Source: a virus
Lineage: Duplodnaviria; Caudoviricetes
Length of the DNA stretch: 64,000 nt
Virus record (IMG/VR): IMGVR_UViG_3300020577_014021
Direction: 5' to 3' (one strand)
Below are positions 10,165 through 20,800 of the stretch, one piece after another (the first letter of the stretch is position 1; every line of letters begins with the position of its first letter). Made by a program: the position numbers and the translations under genes. A model generated the notes under the pieces. That model was not told where the DNA came from and did not search any database. It was given only the letters and a program-made list of their open reading frames with translations.

Positions 10165-11670
10165 TTAACCCCATCTTTTTAAAACATTATAAGGTTTAGG
10201 CAAATTTGAAAATACATGTAATTTTGTATTTACACTATCATATTTACCAATTAAATAGTCTTCAGAACACGGTTTAGGAGTAGATACTTGATAATTATAA
10301 TTTGTACCTGCATCTAAAGAATTATTTTTTAAAACTATGTAATTTCCTGCAGTATCAGCAGATAATCCTTTAATAAAACCACTTACTTTAATACTGCATC
10401 TATTGGCTGCTACTACGTCTTTATTAAAAAACACACCTAAATTACCTGCGGTATTAATATTTTCAGGAACTATTTTTCTATATGTAGATTGATTAAATGC
10501 TTCACATCTATTTGGAGCAGCAGTATTTTCATTACCGTGAGTAGTAAAATTAATTGCTGAACCACCAGAAGTATGAAAAGACTTAGAAATAGATGAATTT
10601 GCTGCTGATACCCACATATGCCCATTATATAATTGTGTAATGGTAACAGCAACACCATTATATCCACCATTTAATATTGCTGATGTACCTACCCCAGAAA
10701 CACTACTTTTACTTGCACTAATATTTAAATTAGTCCCAGCAGTGTACACAGTACCATTCCAAGTAAAACTTACACTTAAATAATTTCCTGTGTCATCTAA
10801 GCCACCAACCATTACAGCATTATTATGACTACCTGCACTGGCTACATAAGCAGCTAAAAAACCTACCGGTGCACTTAATCCAGGAGCAGCAGCCCAAACA
10901 GAACCATTAAAATTATAATGACCACCTATATAAGTACCACCAGAATTTACCCCGCCCCTTAAATAACCTGCATGGAAGCTACCTAACCCTATAGAGCCTG
11001 CAGTTGCAAATGCTGCTGGGACATTCACGTTAGCAGTCCAGCTACTACCATTAAAAAAGGAAGTAGTAGTTACATAGTTACCGCCACCATCAATTCCAGC
11101 ACCATAAAGCATTGCAAAATATGAACCAATAGAAATACCTTCAGCTTTAGAAACATTTAAATTTGTTGATGTTGTAAAAGACAGACCATTAAAAATCTCT
11201 GTAGAAGAAATCCTGTTGGCTGCTGCGTTATAACCACCAACTAAAGCTTTGGCATTTTGTGATCCTGATGCACCATGACCATAACGATTAGTATTCAATG
11301 CACTGGCTGCACCTAAATCTGTCCATACACCAGGGCCGCCCCAAATACCTACTAAATTTCCATTAGATACCGGAATAGTAACAGTGGTACTTTTAAATAC
11401 ATTTCCTGAAACACCATAAAATGGTGAATTGCTTTCTGCATAAACCTGATTGTGAAAAGAAATATCTTGTTCATCTGTCCAATTAATATTGGAACCGGGA
11501 TCAGTTTCTTTTATTTGTAAAGGAGAAGTTGGACCTAAACCAAAACCTAGGGCATAAGGGTCTGCGGTAGTAGCGCCATGTAATTCATTACCAGGGTTGA
11601 TTTTATAAGTATCAACCAAATCCTTATTCATTGTACCATCAACAATATCTTCTTGTCTGATAAAAGGCAT
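10165..11670 (-). CDS. Kelch-like beta-propeller virion/fibre protein (paralog 1)
   Basis: 'EIFNGLSF', 'FFNGSSW', 'NFNGSVW', 'LYNGHMW' repeats. Confidence 0.7.
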   Translation of the reverse strand: MPFIRQEDIVDGTMNKDLVDTYKINPGNELHGATTADPYALGFGLGPTSPLQIKETDPGSNINWTDEQDISFHNQVYAESNSPFYGVSGNVFKSTTVTIPVSNGNLVGIWGGPGVWTDLGAASALNTNRYGHGASGSQNAKALVGGYNAAANRISSTEIFNGLSFTTSTNLNVSKAEGISIGSYFAMLYGAGIDGGGNYVTTTSFFNGSSWTANVNVPAAFATAGSIGLGSFHAGYLRGGVNSGGTYIGGHYNFNGSVWAAAPGLSAPVGFLAAYVASAGSHNNAVMVGGLDDTGNYLSVSFTWNGTVYTAGTNLNISASKSSVSGVGTSAILNGGYNGVAVTITQLYNGHMWVSAANSSISKSFHTSGGSAINFTTHGNENTAAPNRCEAFNQSTYRKIVPENINTAGNLGVFFNKDVVAANRCSIKVSGFIKGLSADTAGNYIVLKNNSLDAGTNYNYQVSTPKPCSEDYLIGKYDSVNTKLHVFSNLPKPYNVLKRWG

Positions 11671-14444
11671 TATCTACCCCATGCATAAACAAAAGCACCT
11701 GAAGAAGGTACTTGGTAAGTTTTAATACCATTGCCACCCACCCAGTAATAATCATATGGGCCAGTATATCCAGTATTGGTCAATGTATTCATAATTGGAA
11801 ATTGTGCTACACCGTCAATTGCTATAAAAGCACCATTTAAATGTTGAATGTCATAAAAATATCTAAAAAATTCACGTGATCCATTAGGTGCAGGTGTACA
11901 TTCAGCTTGGTCACCAAATAAATTATCATTGCTAGTAGTATAAAAAAATGTAATGATAGATCCAATAGAAGGTGAAAATGTAAAAGTCACATTAACACCT
12001 AAAATTGTAAAATCTGTACCATAGCGACGTAACAAACCATTAATAAAAACAGCAACTCCTCTAACATTTCCCGGTGCTACTGCTAAAGTATAATTAGGAG
12101 TAAGCATAACTACTGGCACATTTTGCTGAGTATAATCGTAAGGAATTGTTTTCCCAACCGGAATTTGCGCTACAATTTCTGAACCAACTAGTGGAGCTGT
12201 TTTAAACGTAACCACATTGCCAGCAATTGAATAATCAACGGTTGGATCCTGAATCTGAAATAATCCATTTTTAAATAAACAAAATCCACCTGGACTATAA
12301 GGAGTAGATGCAAAGGTAAATACTTTATTTATGCCATCAATAGCACCACTGGCAGGTAATTCTTGCCTCCAGTTATGCATATTTGAACCACCACTTGTGG
12401 CAGTTGATGCTGAATTAAAACCAGTACTATTATTAGTACCATCAGCTATAAGATGTGCAAAACCATCTAAACCAACCCATACATCAGCAGTACCAAGTCT
12501 ACGTGCAAATACATAAACATTTTCTGCTAGGGGCAGTGCAGCAAAAGTAGATGTCAATGGTGTTAATGCTGTTACGTTGTTTCGATCAATAACAACATAA
12601 GCACAACCATTCATTGGTATAGTAACATTACCTGCAAGCATGGTATTTGTAATACCAACACCAGGGCCATTGATTACAAAAGTTGCAGTAGCAGTCCAAG
12701 AAATATTACCGGCGGCATTTGCAACCGTACCACCGCCTAATAAAGTAATATTTTTGTTTTGTGCCTGATCGGCAACTGCTGTACTTAATAAAGATGCTCT
12801 AATCGTTAAATCATTACTAACACTGCCTGGATAATTTGTCTGAGAGGGACTAGTAACACCACCAACAATGGTAGATGCATATGTTGGTACACCAGTAGCT
12901 TCTGTTGGTGAACCAATATAATTTAATATATTAAATGTGGTGTTATCAGAAATATATCTAATTTCACCCTGTTCCATTTCCCCCATGTGTTTAATATATA
13001 TTAAACTTCCTTGGCGCAAAGCAATCCAATAAACATTTTCAATATTGGTCAAACCCAATACAGCATTTTTATTAGCAACTGTTACATCAGTTAAAGCAGA
13101 GTAAAAAGTTTTATTGTATAAAGTGGATTGTGCACCTACGCTACCTGTATACGCAGCATCTATAACTAAATAAGTAGCATTTGCGGCAGTGGTAATAACA
13201 CCAGCAGCATCATAAAACTCTTCAATTTGCCTAAAATAGCGATTATCATCATTTTGAGAACGAATAAAATCGCCACCACCTGGAATGGCTGAATTAGCAA
13301 CCAATGGGCTAAATTGGCCAACTGCAGTAACTTGCATAATTCTTGCAAGATTACCGCCAGCTGCTGCTAAAACAGAAGCAGGAGCTGTCAATGGCATAAT
13401 AATAATGTTACCACCAATAACCCGATAACGAATTAATGGTACATATAAAACTTGGCCATCATTTAAAAGCTTAGTAAATTGTTCGATCCTAAAATATGAA
13501 TCTGTAACAACATTACGAATATAAATATCTGAACTAACAAACAATTGACCCATGATCGCATCATCATGAGTAAAAAATCCGGTTCCTGTTAATTCTGATA
13601 AATTTGCATCATCATTGACTGATAATAAGGATAAACCGGTAGCTCCACCACCGCCGCCAACACTAAACCAATAAGGAGTACCTTTAATTTCCTTGATGGA
13701 TGTCATTACGGCATCCATCCATTCCTTCATGGTGGCGATTTGTTTATCTGCGCCAAAAAATGGATTTTGCGCAGAACTTGTAGAAATAACTGGTGGTTCT
13801 GTACGACCACCGGGCCATCCATATGAATAAAGAGGATTTGGCACAGCCCCACCAGTGCCAAGTCTAAAAATCATATTCCTAGCATCAACAATACTTGTAG
13901 GAATATTACCAGCATTTGTGGCTACAGTAGCAATGGGGAGATTTGTACCAAAACCTGCTGTACTAATGTTAATACGATAATCTAAAATTGTAGCAGTAGG
14001 GATTAATTTTGGTCGTTCTGTGCTTGAATTAACATCCCACAAAACAACAGTATCAACACTATTGGGGTCTGCTGTTCTAACTAAACTTAAAGATATATAA
14101 TTTGTAGCACCAGCAACAAAAGCACCTTTGACTTTTGAATTGGTAGTGGAAAGAGCCTCTGCAGTGCTACCGTTAACAATTAAAATGGTACCAGATTCAG
14201 TACCTCTAACATGTAAAATTCCACTATTTTGGGCATTTAAGGTTAAATTATCGGCCGTTTGAGTAAATGAATTACCTAAAATGTTTATAAAAAAACCGCG
14301 AATTACATATGGGGTGCTATATCCAGCTACAAAACCACGCAATAAATCATCAAAATCGGATGAAACACCCGATTCTATGGCTTTCATCAGAGGCACAGTC
14401 AATCGCTGTTGTGATAATATACGATTTTGTCTTTTTATTGCCAT
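11670..14444 (-). CDS. Baseplate-attached tail fibre/adaptor protein
   Basis: 924 aa downstream of the wedge genes; C-terminal repeats 'IDG.NK.FT...LF.NGL.Q...DY.I.G..VTF..AP'. Confidence 0.65.
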   Translation of the reverse strand: MAIKRQNRILSQQRLTVPLMKAIESGVSSDFDDLLRGFVAGYSTPYVIRGFFINILGNSFTQTADNLTLNAQNSGILHVRGTESGTILIVNGSTAEALSTTNSKVKGAFVAGATNYISLSLVRTADPNSVDTVVLWDVNSSTERPKLIPTATILDYRINISTAGFGTNLPIATVATNAGNIPTSIVDARNMIFRLGTGGAVPNPLYSYGWPGGRTEPPVISTSSAQNPFFGADKQIATMKEWMDAVMTSIKEIKGTPYWFSVGGGGGATGLSLLSVNDDANLSELTGTGFFTHDDAIMGQLFVSSDIYIRNVVTDSYFRIEQFTKLLNDGQVLYVPLIRYRVIGGNIIIMPLTAPASVLAAAGGNLARIMQVTAVGQFSPLVANSAIPGGGDFIRSQNDDNRYFRQIEEFYDAAGVITTAANATYLVIDAAYTGSVGAQSTLYNKTFYSALTDVTVANKNAVLGLTNIENVYWIALRQGSLIYIKHMGEMEQGEIRYISDNTTFNILNYIGSPTEATGVPTYASTIVGGVTSPSQTNYPGSVSNDLTIRASLLSTAVADQAQNKNITLLGGGTVANAAGNISWTATATFVINGPGVGITNTMLAGNVTIPMNGCAYVVIDRNNVTALTPLTSTFAALPLAENVYVFARRLGTADVWVGLDGFAHLIADGTNNSTGFNSASTATSGGSNMHNWRQELPASGAIDGINKVFTFASTPYSPGGFCLFKNGLFQIQDPTVDYSIAGNVVTFKTAPLVGSEIVAQIPVGKTIPYDYTQQNVPVVMLTPNYTLAVAPGNVRGVAVFINGLLRRYGTDFTILGVNVTFTFSPSIGSIITFFYTTSNDNLFGDQAECTPAPNGSREFFRYFYDIQHLNGAFIAIDGVAQFPIMNTLTNTGYTGPYDYYWVGGNGIKTYQVPSSGAFVYAWGR

Positions 14445-14570
14445 GTGTTACTCAAATTATAAGATTAATAACGACTCTAGAAAGATTAAGTTTAAAATTT
14501 ACTCTAAAATCCTTTGACAAATATTACCGTTTAGTGTATTTATGTTTAATAAAGTTTAAAACAAAATAAG

Positions 14571-14723
14571 GGTGGAGCGCAGGGGAATCAAACTCCTCAG
14601 GTAAAGTGTCAAGTCCAGTTAAGAACGTCAGTTTGCGCCCCATTTCTTATTTGTTTTAATGTCGGACCTACCACACCAGCGCTTTTCCGTCCAAAGTCAA
14701 ACGCTGGTGTGGTGTCTTTTTTT
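14571..14723. ncRNA. Candidate structured RNA, copy 1: tRNA-Ala-like domain (14573-14641, - strand) plus 11-bp hairpin (14671-14712) with U-tract on + strand
   Basis: GGGGCGC/GCGCTCC-A acceptor-like stem with G3.U70; T-loop-like TTTGATT; CCACACCAGCG/CGCTGGTGTGG; covarying homolog at 53010-53142. Confidence 0.65.
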
Positions 14724-14737
14724 GTGCATAAAAATAA

Positions 14738-15502
14738 ATGAAAATCATTAGTTATAGCGATTTACATCTTGAATTTGGTATTCACATACAACCATCTAAT
14801 AACGCTGATCTGCTGATTTTAGCAGGTGATATAATCACTTTTAAAAATTTTCTTCCACTGAAAAATTTTTTATGTAAGTGGAAAAAACCAGTATTGTATG
14901 TCACTGGCAATCACGAATACTATACCTCTCAATCTATGAAAAAAGGAGATATAGCATTTAAGAACTGGCTTTCAGAATTTATTCCAAATGTAATTTTATT
15001 ACAAAATGAATCAATTAGTATTGATGGAATTCATTTTTTTGGTGGTACAATGTGGACAGATTTTTTTGATAGTAATAATCAAATGATGACTGCCGCTAAA
15101 CAACAAATGAATGATTACCGTTTAATTATGAAAACAGATAAAGATTTTTTACAACCAGATGATACTGTTTGTTTTCATGATGATTTTAAAAAGAAATTAT
15201 TAAAATGGCTTAATAAGCCTTTAAATGGCCCTCGTGTTATTATTACACATCATGCACCAGTAATAAACCCCAATACACGTTATAAAAATAGTATATTAGA
15301 AGGTGCTTTTAATTCGTCAGATATGTTTGCCATTATTGAAAAATATCAACCACAATTATGGGTATATGGTCATACTCACGAATGTGATAATCACATGATT
15401 GGAAAAACACAAATTATTTCTAATCAACTTGGATATTATAGATATAATGGAAATTATGAATGTATAAATTTTGATCCATTGGGAATACCTATTGATTTAT
15501 AA
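14738..15502 (+). CDS. Calcineurin-like metallophosphoesterase
   Basis: SDLH, AGD, GNHEYY, HHAP and GHTH motifs. Confidence 0.9.
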   Translation: MKIISYSDLHLEFGIHIQPSNNADLLILAGDIITFKNFLPLKNFLCKWKKPVLYVTGNHEYYTSQSMKKGDIAFKNWLSEFIPNVILLQNESISIDGIHFFGGTMWTDFFDSNNQMMTAAKQQMNDYRLIMKTDKDFLQPDDTVCFHDDFKKKLLKWLNKPLNGPRVIITHHAPVINPNTRYKNSILEGAFNSSDMFAIIEKYQPQLWVYGHTHECDNHMIGKTQIISNQLGYYRYNGNYECINFDPLGIPIDL

Positions 15503-15982
15503 TTATCTCTGAACCATTGTAGGTGGAGATCCTGAATATCTTGAATCAACCAAATTGCTACCATTTAAAGCAGTAAAGCCCATTCCATTTAAATTAAAGC
15601 TCATAATACCTTTTGAAGAAATACTCTGTTGCATGGAATCAATCATAGCAGAACGAATATTTAACAAAGGTTCATTGGTTATTCGATCTAATATAGCCAC
15701 TGAAATATATGGTAATACATAATTTAAACCAGGATTGGCAATCAACCGCAAATCTTCAAAATATTCTTTAATAATCCTTAAACCACTTAAAGAAAACTTA
15801 ACGGAATATGTACCAGGGGCAAATTCTCTTGGAGTGACTCGATCAATTTCGTAGATGGGTCTAATACCATAATCGATATTCCAGCTAGCATTATTTACAA
15901 AACCAGAAATACGATTATTTAAAATTACCTTAACATTGGCACTTACAACTGATTTTGAACCACCAAATATTGAATCAGGCAT
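15503..15982 (-). CDS. Tail tube-like protein (baseplate tube initiator?)
   Basis: Aligns by eye with 35492-35980 (KV....R..G...N.S....G...I.......E.....Y). Confidence 0.6.
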   Translation of the reverse strand: MPDSIFGGSKSVVSANVKVILNNRISGFVNNASWNIDYGIRPIYEIDRVTPREFAPGTYSVKFSLSGLRIIKEYFEDLRLIANPGLNYVLPYISVAILDRITNEPLLNIRSAMIDSMQQSISSKGIMSFNLNGMGFTALNGSNLVDSRYSGSPPTMVQR

Positions 15983-15984
15983 AA

Positions 15985-17796
15985 TTACACCTCACCTGCA
16001 AAATCAGGACCCCAAACTCTATATTTATCAGAATATGGTGTGCCATAATTGCCTAATCCTAAATCACTTGGATACAAAACGGTAATGTTTGCTCTAATGC
16101 CTGTAGCTGTAGCACTTTTAAAATAATCAATGGCTGACTGTCTAGCATTTGCTACGTCAGTTGCATAAGAACCAAAATCAGTTCCATCACCAGGTGATTC
16201 ATATTTCATTCTACCTGCTAAAACAGTTACATCAGTTCCTACCCCATGTGTATATTTCCATACATAAGAAGAATCAATGATGATTTCTGTACTATTCAAA
16301 ACTTTTACAAATGGTACTAAGGTTTCCTCTATGTCATAACCCAAATCAAAAACTAAAACCCCCTTTTCTGGAAAATTGGCAGTTGAAACTAATTTAATAC
16401 TAACACCATTGGTACCTTGCAAAATGACTTGGTTTAATGATGTATATACTGCAGTATATACATAGGAATTGAAATCAACTAGATAATTTCCTTGTACCGT
16501 ATTATCCAATTTTTTAGTAAAACTGGTCAAAGCTAAGATTGTACCACTTTGTTCACCTACTAAATTTTCAGTGGCAACAAAAGTACCATAAACTAAACCT
16601 AAAACAGTTGTTCCACTAACAGATGTAACAACAATACCTGTTGCTCCTGATGTTGCACCATATATTGTTTCACCTACTGTAAATGTACCAGCGGCATGTA
16701 TCAAAGTATAAAAAACTTCAGCAATATAAGCACCGCCAGTATAGGGAGTTCTATCTATAATGGTGGTAGAAACAGGTACAATAACATCTAATTCTTTTGG
16801 CTTAACTTCATATAAAGTAGCATATTGCTGATTTGATGTAACCGTTTTTCTAACAGGCCTAAAAAACATTAAATCAGTAGCGGCAACCAAATTAACTACT
16901 TGCGCAAATCCTTGAGTGTTTTGTATTTCAAAATAAGCATTGGTTACAGTACCATCTACCACTTTTGTGATGGTATATGTACCTTTGTTTACAGCAGCAA
17001 AATTAATACCAAAAATATTTACATAATCTTTTTCACGAACAATACCTAAACTTGGATTAGTACCAGCTGTCCATGTAAAACGAAAAGTGTTATCTACAGA
17101 ATTGGTAATTGTAAACTGAGTACCAGTAGTTTGAGTTGTATTTAATAAAGTAGAGAATTTTAAAACATTATTAGCTTTACCGCCCAATACTTTTACTGCA
17201 CTTCTTGGTCCTTTGGTATCTGATAAAATTCTAACTTTTTTGCTACTACTATTAACATCATAATAAGAAACAGCGTAACCTTTACTATTCAAATCATGTA
17301 ATTTTTGAGTAATTACATCTGCTACTTCTTCTGCAGTAGCATTTCCAATATTGGTAAAATTATTGTTTAAGAAAGTGAATTCATAAACGTCATCTGTATC
17401 AAAAGAAACTATTAAATTGTCACCATCTGCCAAAACATAATTTTCAGATGCTTCTGTTTCAATCCAGGCTTTAGTTTGAAATTGAGAAAAATATATATCT
17501 AAAATAGTTAAAAGTGTATTAGATATTGTTTGATCATTTAAAGTTTCACAAATAATACGTTTGATGACTTCATCACGTACACCAATATTATTTGGTCTAA
17601 CAACACCATAATTTCCTGCTAAAGTATCTAAATAAGGTCCTGATGCAGTTTTGACAAACATGTTAAGAAACATGGCATCAGAATTACGAATATTATATTC
17701 GTCACCTTGAGCAATAGCATACAATAATCCATCAACATATTGGCCTGAGATGGCTGGATTAAAGTATTGTTTTATTGTGTCATAGGCTGAAACCAT
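15985..17796 (-). CDS. Baseplate wedge subunit (P2 gpI/T4 gp7-like)
   Basis: 'TASGPYLDTLAGNYGVVRP' motif; follows the baseplate J-like gene. Confidence 0.65.
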   Translation of the reverse strand: MVSAYDTIKQYFNPAISGQYVDGLLYAIAQGDEYNIRNSDAMFLNMFVKTASGPYLDTLAGNYGVVRPNNIGVRDEVIKRIICETLNDQTISNTLLTILDIYFSQFQTKAWIETEASENYVLADGDNLIVSFDTDDVYEFTFLNNNFTNIGNATAEEVADVITQKLHDLNSKGYAVSYYDVNSSSKKVRILSDTKGPRSAVKVLGGKANNVLKFSTLLNTTQTTGTQFTITNSVDNTFRFTWTAGTNPSLGIVREKDYVNIFGINFAAVNKGTYTITKVVDGTVTNAYFEIQNTQGFAQVVNLVAATDLMFFRPVRKTVTSNQQYATLYEVKPKELDVIVPVSTTIIDRTPYTGGAYIAEVFYTLIHAAGTFTVGETIYGATSGATGIVVTSVSGTTVLGLVYGTFVATENLVGEQSGTILALTSFTKKLDNTVQGNYLVDFNSYVYTAVYTSLNQVILQGTNGVSIKLVSTANFPEKGVLVFDLGYDIEETLVPFVKVLNSTEIIIDSSYVWKYTHGVGTDVTVLAGRMKYESPGDGTDFGSYATDVANARQSAIDYFKSATATGIRANITVLYPSDLGLGNYGTPYSDKYRVWGPDFAGEV

Positions 17797-17807
17797 AATT
17801 TCCTACA

Positions 17808-20800
17808 TTATAAAAATGTAACAGAGACATCATTTTCGCTAATTACAATTGGTTTTTCATTTGGATTTACAACAATCACATCACTTGCAGATGTATAAGT
17901 TGGGAAAATCACACTTACAGCATACACACCATCAATCTGCGAAACTGCACGTACAATTTCTGAGAGACTAATACTTTGCCCAATTTTTGTAGCATTAATA
18001 ATACCAGCTGCCGTAGAACGAATATTATTAAGCACCGTTGAAAACGGAACACCAGTTCTCAAACGTATACCTAAAGAAATCTTGATACGTTTTGGTAGTG
18101 GGGGTAAAATATCTAAATATGTACCAGCTGCTTTAACGCCAGGATATAATGTCGGACTTCTTGGATCTCCATAAACTACCTTAGTTGCTTCTCCAATTAA
18201 TCCTTTGTAAGTTGAATAAGCATCAATACCAAAAGTAGTGGTTTCATCAAAATCAAATTTATTCAATGCAACAAAAGTAAACCCATACACATCACTAATT
18301 TTACCTAATAATTGAGAAATTGAATCTGTAAATATAATATCAGATAAATCAGGCGAAATTGGGCTTTTTTGTGTAATAGACCTAATTTGTTTATAAAAAG
18401 TAGCAACGTTTTTATCGTATGACTTAATGTTATCAAATCCAGCGCCTAAGTTTGTAGAACCAACAGCATTGGCAAAAATTTCATTAATCACAATAGTGGT
18501 AGAAGTAGAACTAAATACTGTATAAGTCCCATCATTTGCAGTACCCAAAATACTACCGCTTAGAATTAATGTGTCATTTGGCAAAACGGAATTAGCACTA
18601 AAAAACTGTAAATCAGCATTACCTGACAAAACTTTTGTTTCTTCTACTGCGAGAGGATTCTCAACCCAAAACATATTAGACAATGCACGTACCACTCTAA
18701 AAGTACCTTGATTTTGTGCACTAAAAGTACTGGTAGTAGGAATGATTACAAAATCACCTTGAATCACATTGACAAAATTTGGGTTAGTGCCAGCAGTATT
18801 GTAGACATAAGCTACAAAATCACCATGCTTTTCAACTTGAATACCAGTGGTATTATTACCTGAATGTGTACGTGCAGTTTTAAAAGAACCTGCACCTGCT
18901 GTAATGGTTAAAGTTTGAACAGGTGTACCAGATATGCTAACAAATGTAGTATTATCAAAAGATAAATTTTTCTTTAATACAGTAGCAGATGTTAATTTTA
19001 CCCACTGATTTTTATGTAATCCTAAAGTTGAACCATAATTAGTTCTAATCAAAGAATAATTCGTGGGTGTCCCAACAATAATATCGTTATTAATGACAGA
19101 ACCACCTGCTAAATTTCCTTTTCCACCAGATACCTTAACGGCTCCAGTTGTACCTGTATTTTGAGAATTGATTTCAATTTTACCACCATTATCAGAAATC
19201 AAAATCCCACTTAAATTAGCCAAACTAGAAACAGCTGGCTCATTTAAAAATGAAGCAACTTGCTGAGATGTATGAGGGATTAAAACTGCTTCTTCCCCAA
19301 CTAAAGTATACAAAGGTCCTAAACTAGTAAAATTCTTTTCTGTGGTAAATTGAGGTGCAGCGGTTAAATCTGCAAAATAAACCCAATTTTCTCCATCTAT
19401 TAAAGTTAAATATAAACTAGTTGAACCTGTGAAATCATTAGTCGATCGATCAATTAAACCGCCACCAGTCTCACCAACCCCTAATTCTGCAGTAATATAA
19501 TCGCCAAGATTTGCATTGATGTATGCAATAATATTAGTGGCAGTTGAACTTACATCAATAGGATAAATTGTGATATCATTGGCTGAATTTAATGTAACCG
19601 TTTCTGCTGTTGGTACACCATTATAAGCATTATTGGTAACTACGATATCATCAGCAGTAACACTAGTAATTCTAAACGTTCCTTCATTGGTAGTATCAAA
19701 AGCTGAAGTAGAAGGAATTGTTACTATATCACCGACAGTAACACCATTTGCTAACCAAGCAGGATCTGATCCAACACCCGTCCAATGGTAAGTTACATCA
19801 TAAGGACCAGCGCCAGCTACTTGCACATCAATTTCAGTTGTGTTGTCATGTGTTTTGGTGCGCGGTGCTCCAGAAGGCAAAAACACATTCACATCTACAC
19901 CACCGCTGGCATTTCCAGACACAACAACAGCAGAAATAGGTAAATTAGGTGCAGTGGGATATTGTAAAGAAAATCTATACATTTCTCCTGTTGGACCATA
20001 ATGAATACTTTTAACTATAAAAGCATTGTTAGCCCCATCAGGATTAACTAAAGTCTTAGCTTTGAACCACAAACGATAATTTGTAAAATTAAAATCACCA
20101 CCAAAAGTAGCAACTAAGCTTGCGCCACCACCATCAAAATCTGTTGCAGAAAATGTATTAATGGTAGGCGCTGGACTACTGGAAATCGTAATAGTACGAA
20201 ATAAAGGAATTGATAATGTTTTATTGGTCGGATCATCATCAATAACTGCACTGATTTTGTCATCATAAGAAAAATCAAATGAGTTGGCAATATATGCCCT
20301 ATCATTTGTTAAACGTTCTTTAATGGTATTTTTTGCCAATAAATTAATGGTAGTTGAGGCCACTACTAAATGAGCAACACCATCATAATTGTAACGATTA
20401 CTTGAATATCTATTGGAAGCAAAAGGTTTTAAAAACCCCAACATCATGTCAGGATTAATGTTTTGTGCCACTGTGGATATAAAAACTGGTGGTACAGCAT
20501 TATTATTAGCATTTTGTATTACTTGATTAACAAATGCTGGCGTGCCTAATTCAGAATTCTTACTTTGTACAGAAGCAATATGAGGTGCTTCATTAGTTAA
20601 GATAGTAGGTATTATAAAACCTAATAAAATACCTGCCAAATCAGCGGCTACAAGCGCAATTTGTCCTTCTGTTTCAATGAAATCATTAGTGGTAAGGCGA
20701 ATTTTATTTGCGCCAAAAACACTAGCTGTAGCTCCAATTAAAACATTATTGAAAGCTGCAGCCAAAGCATCCATAGAATATGTACCAGCCGGGATCGTAA

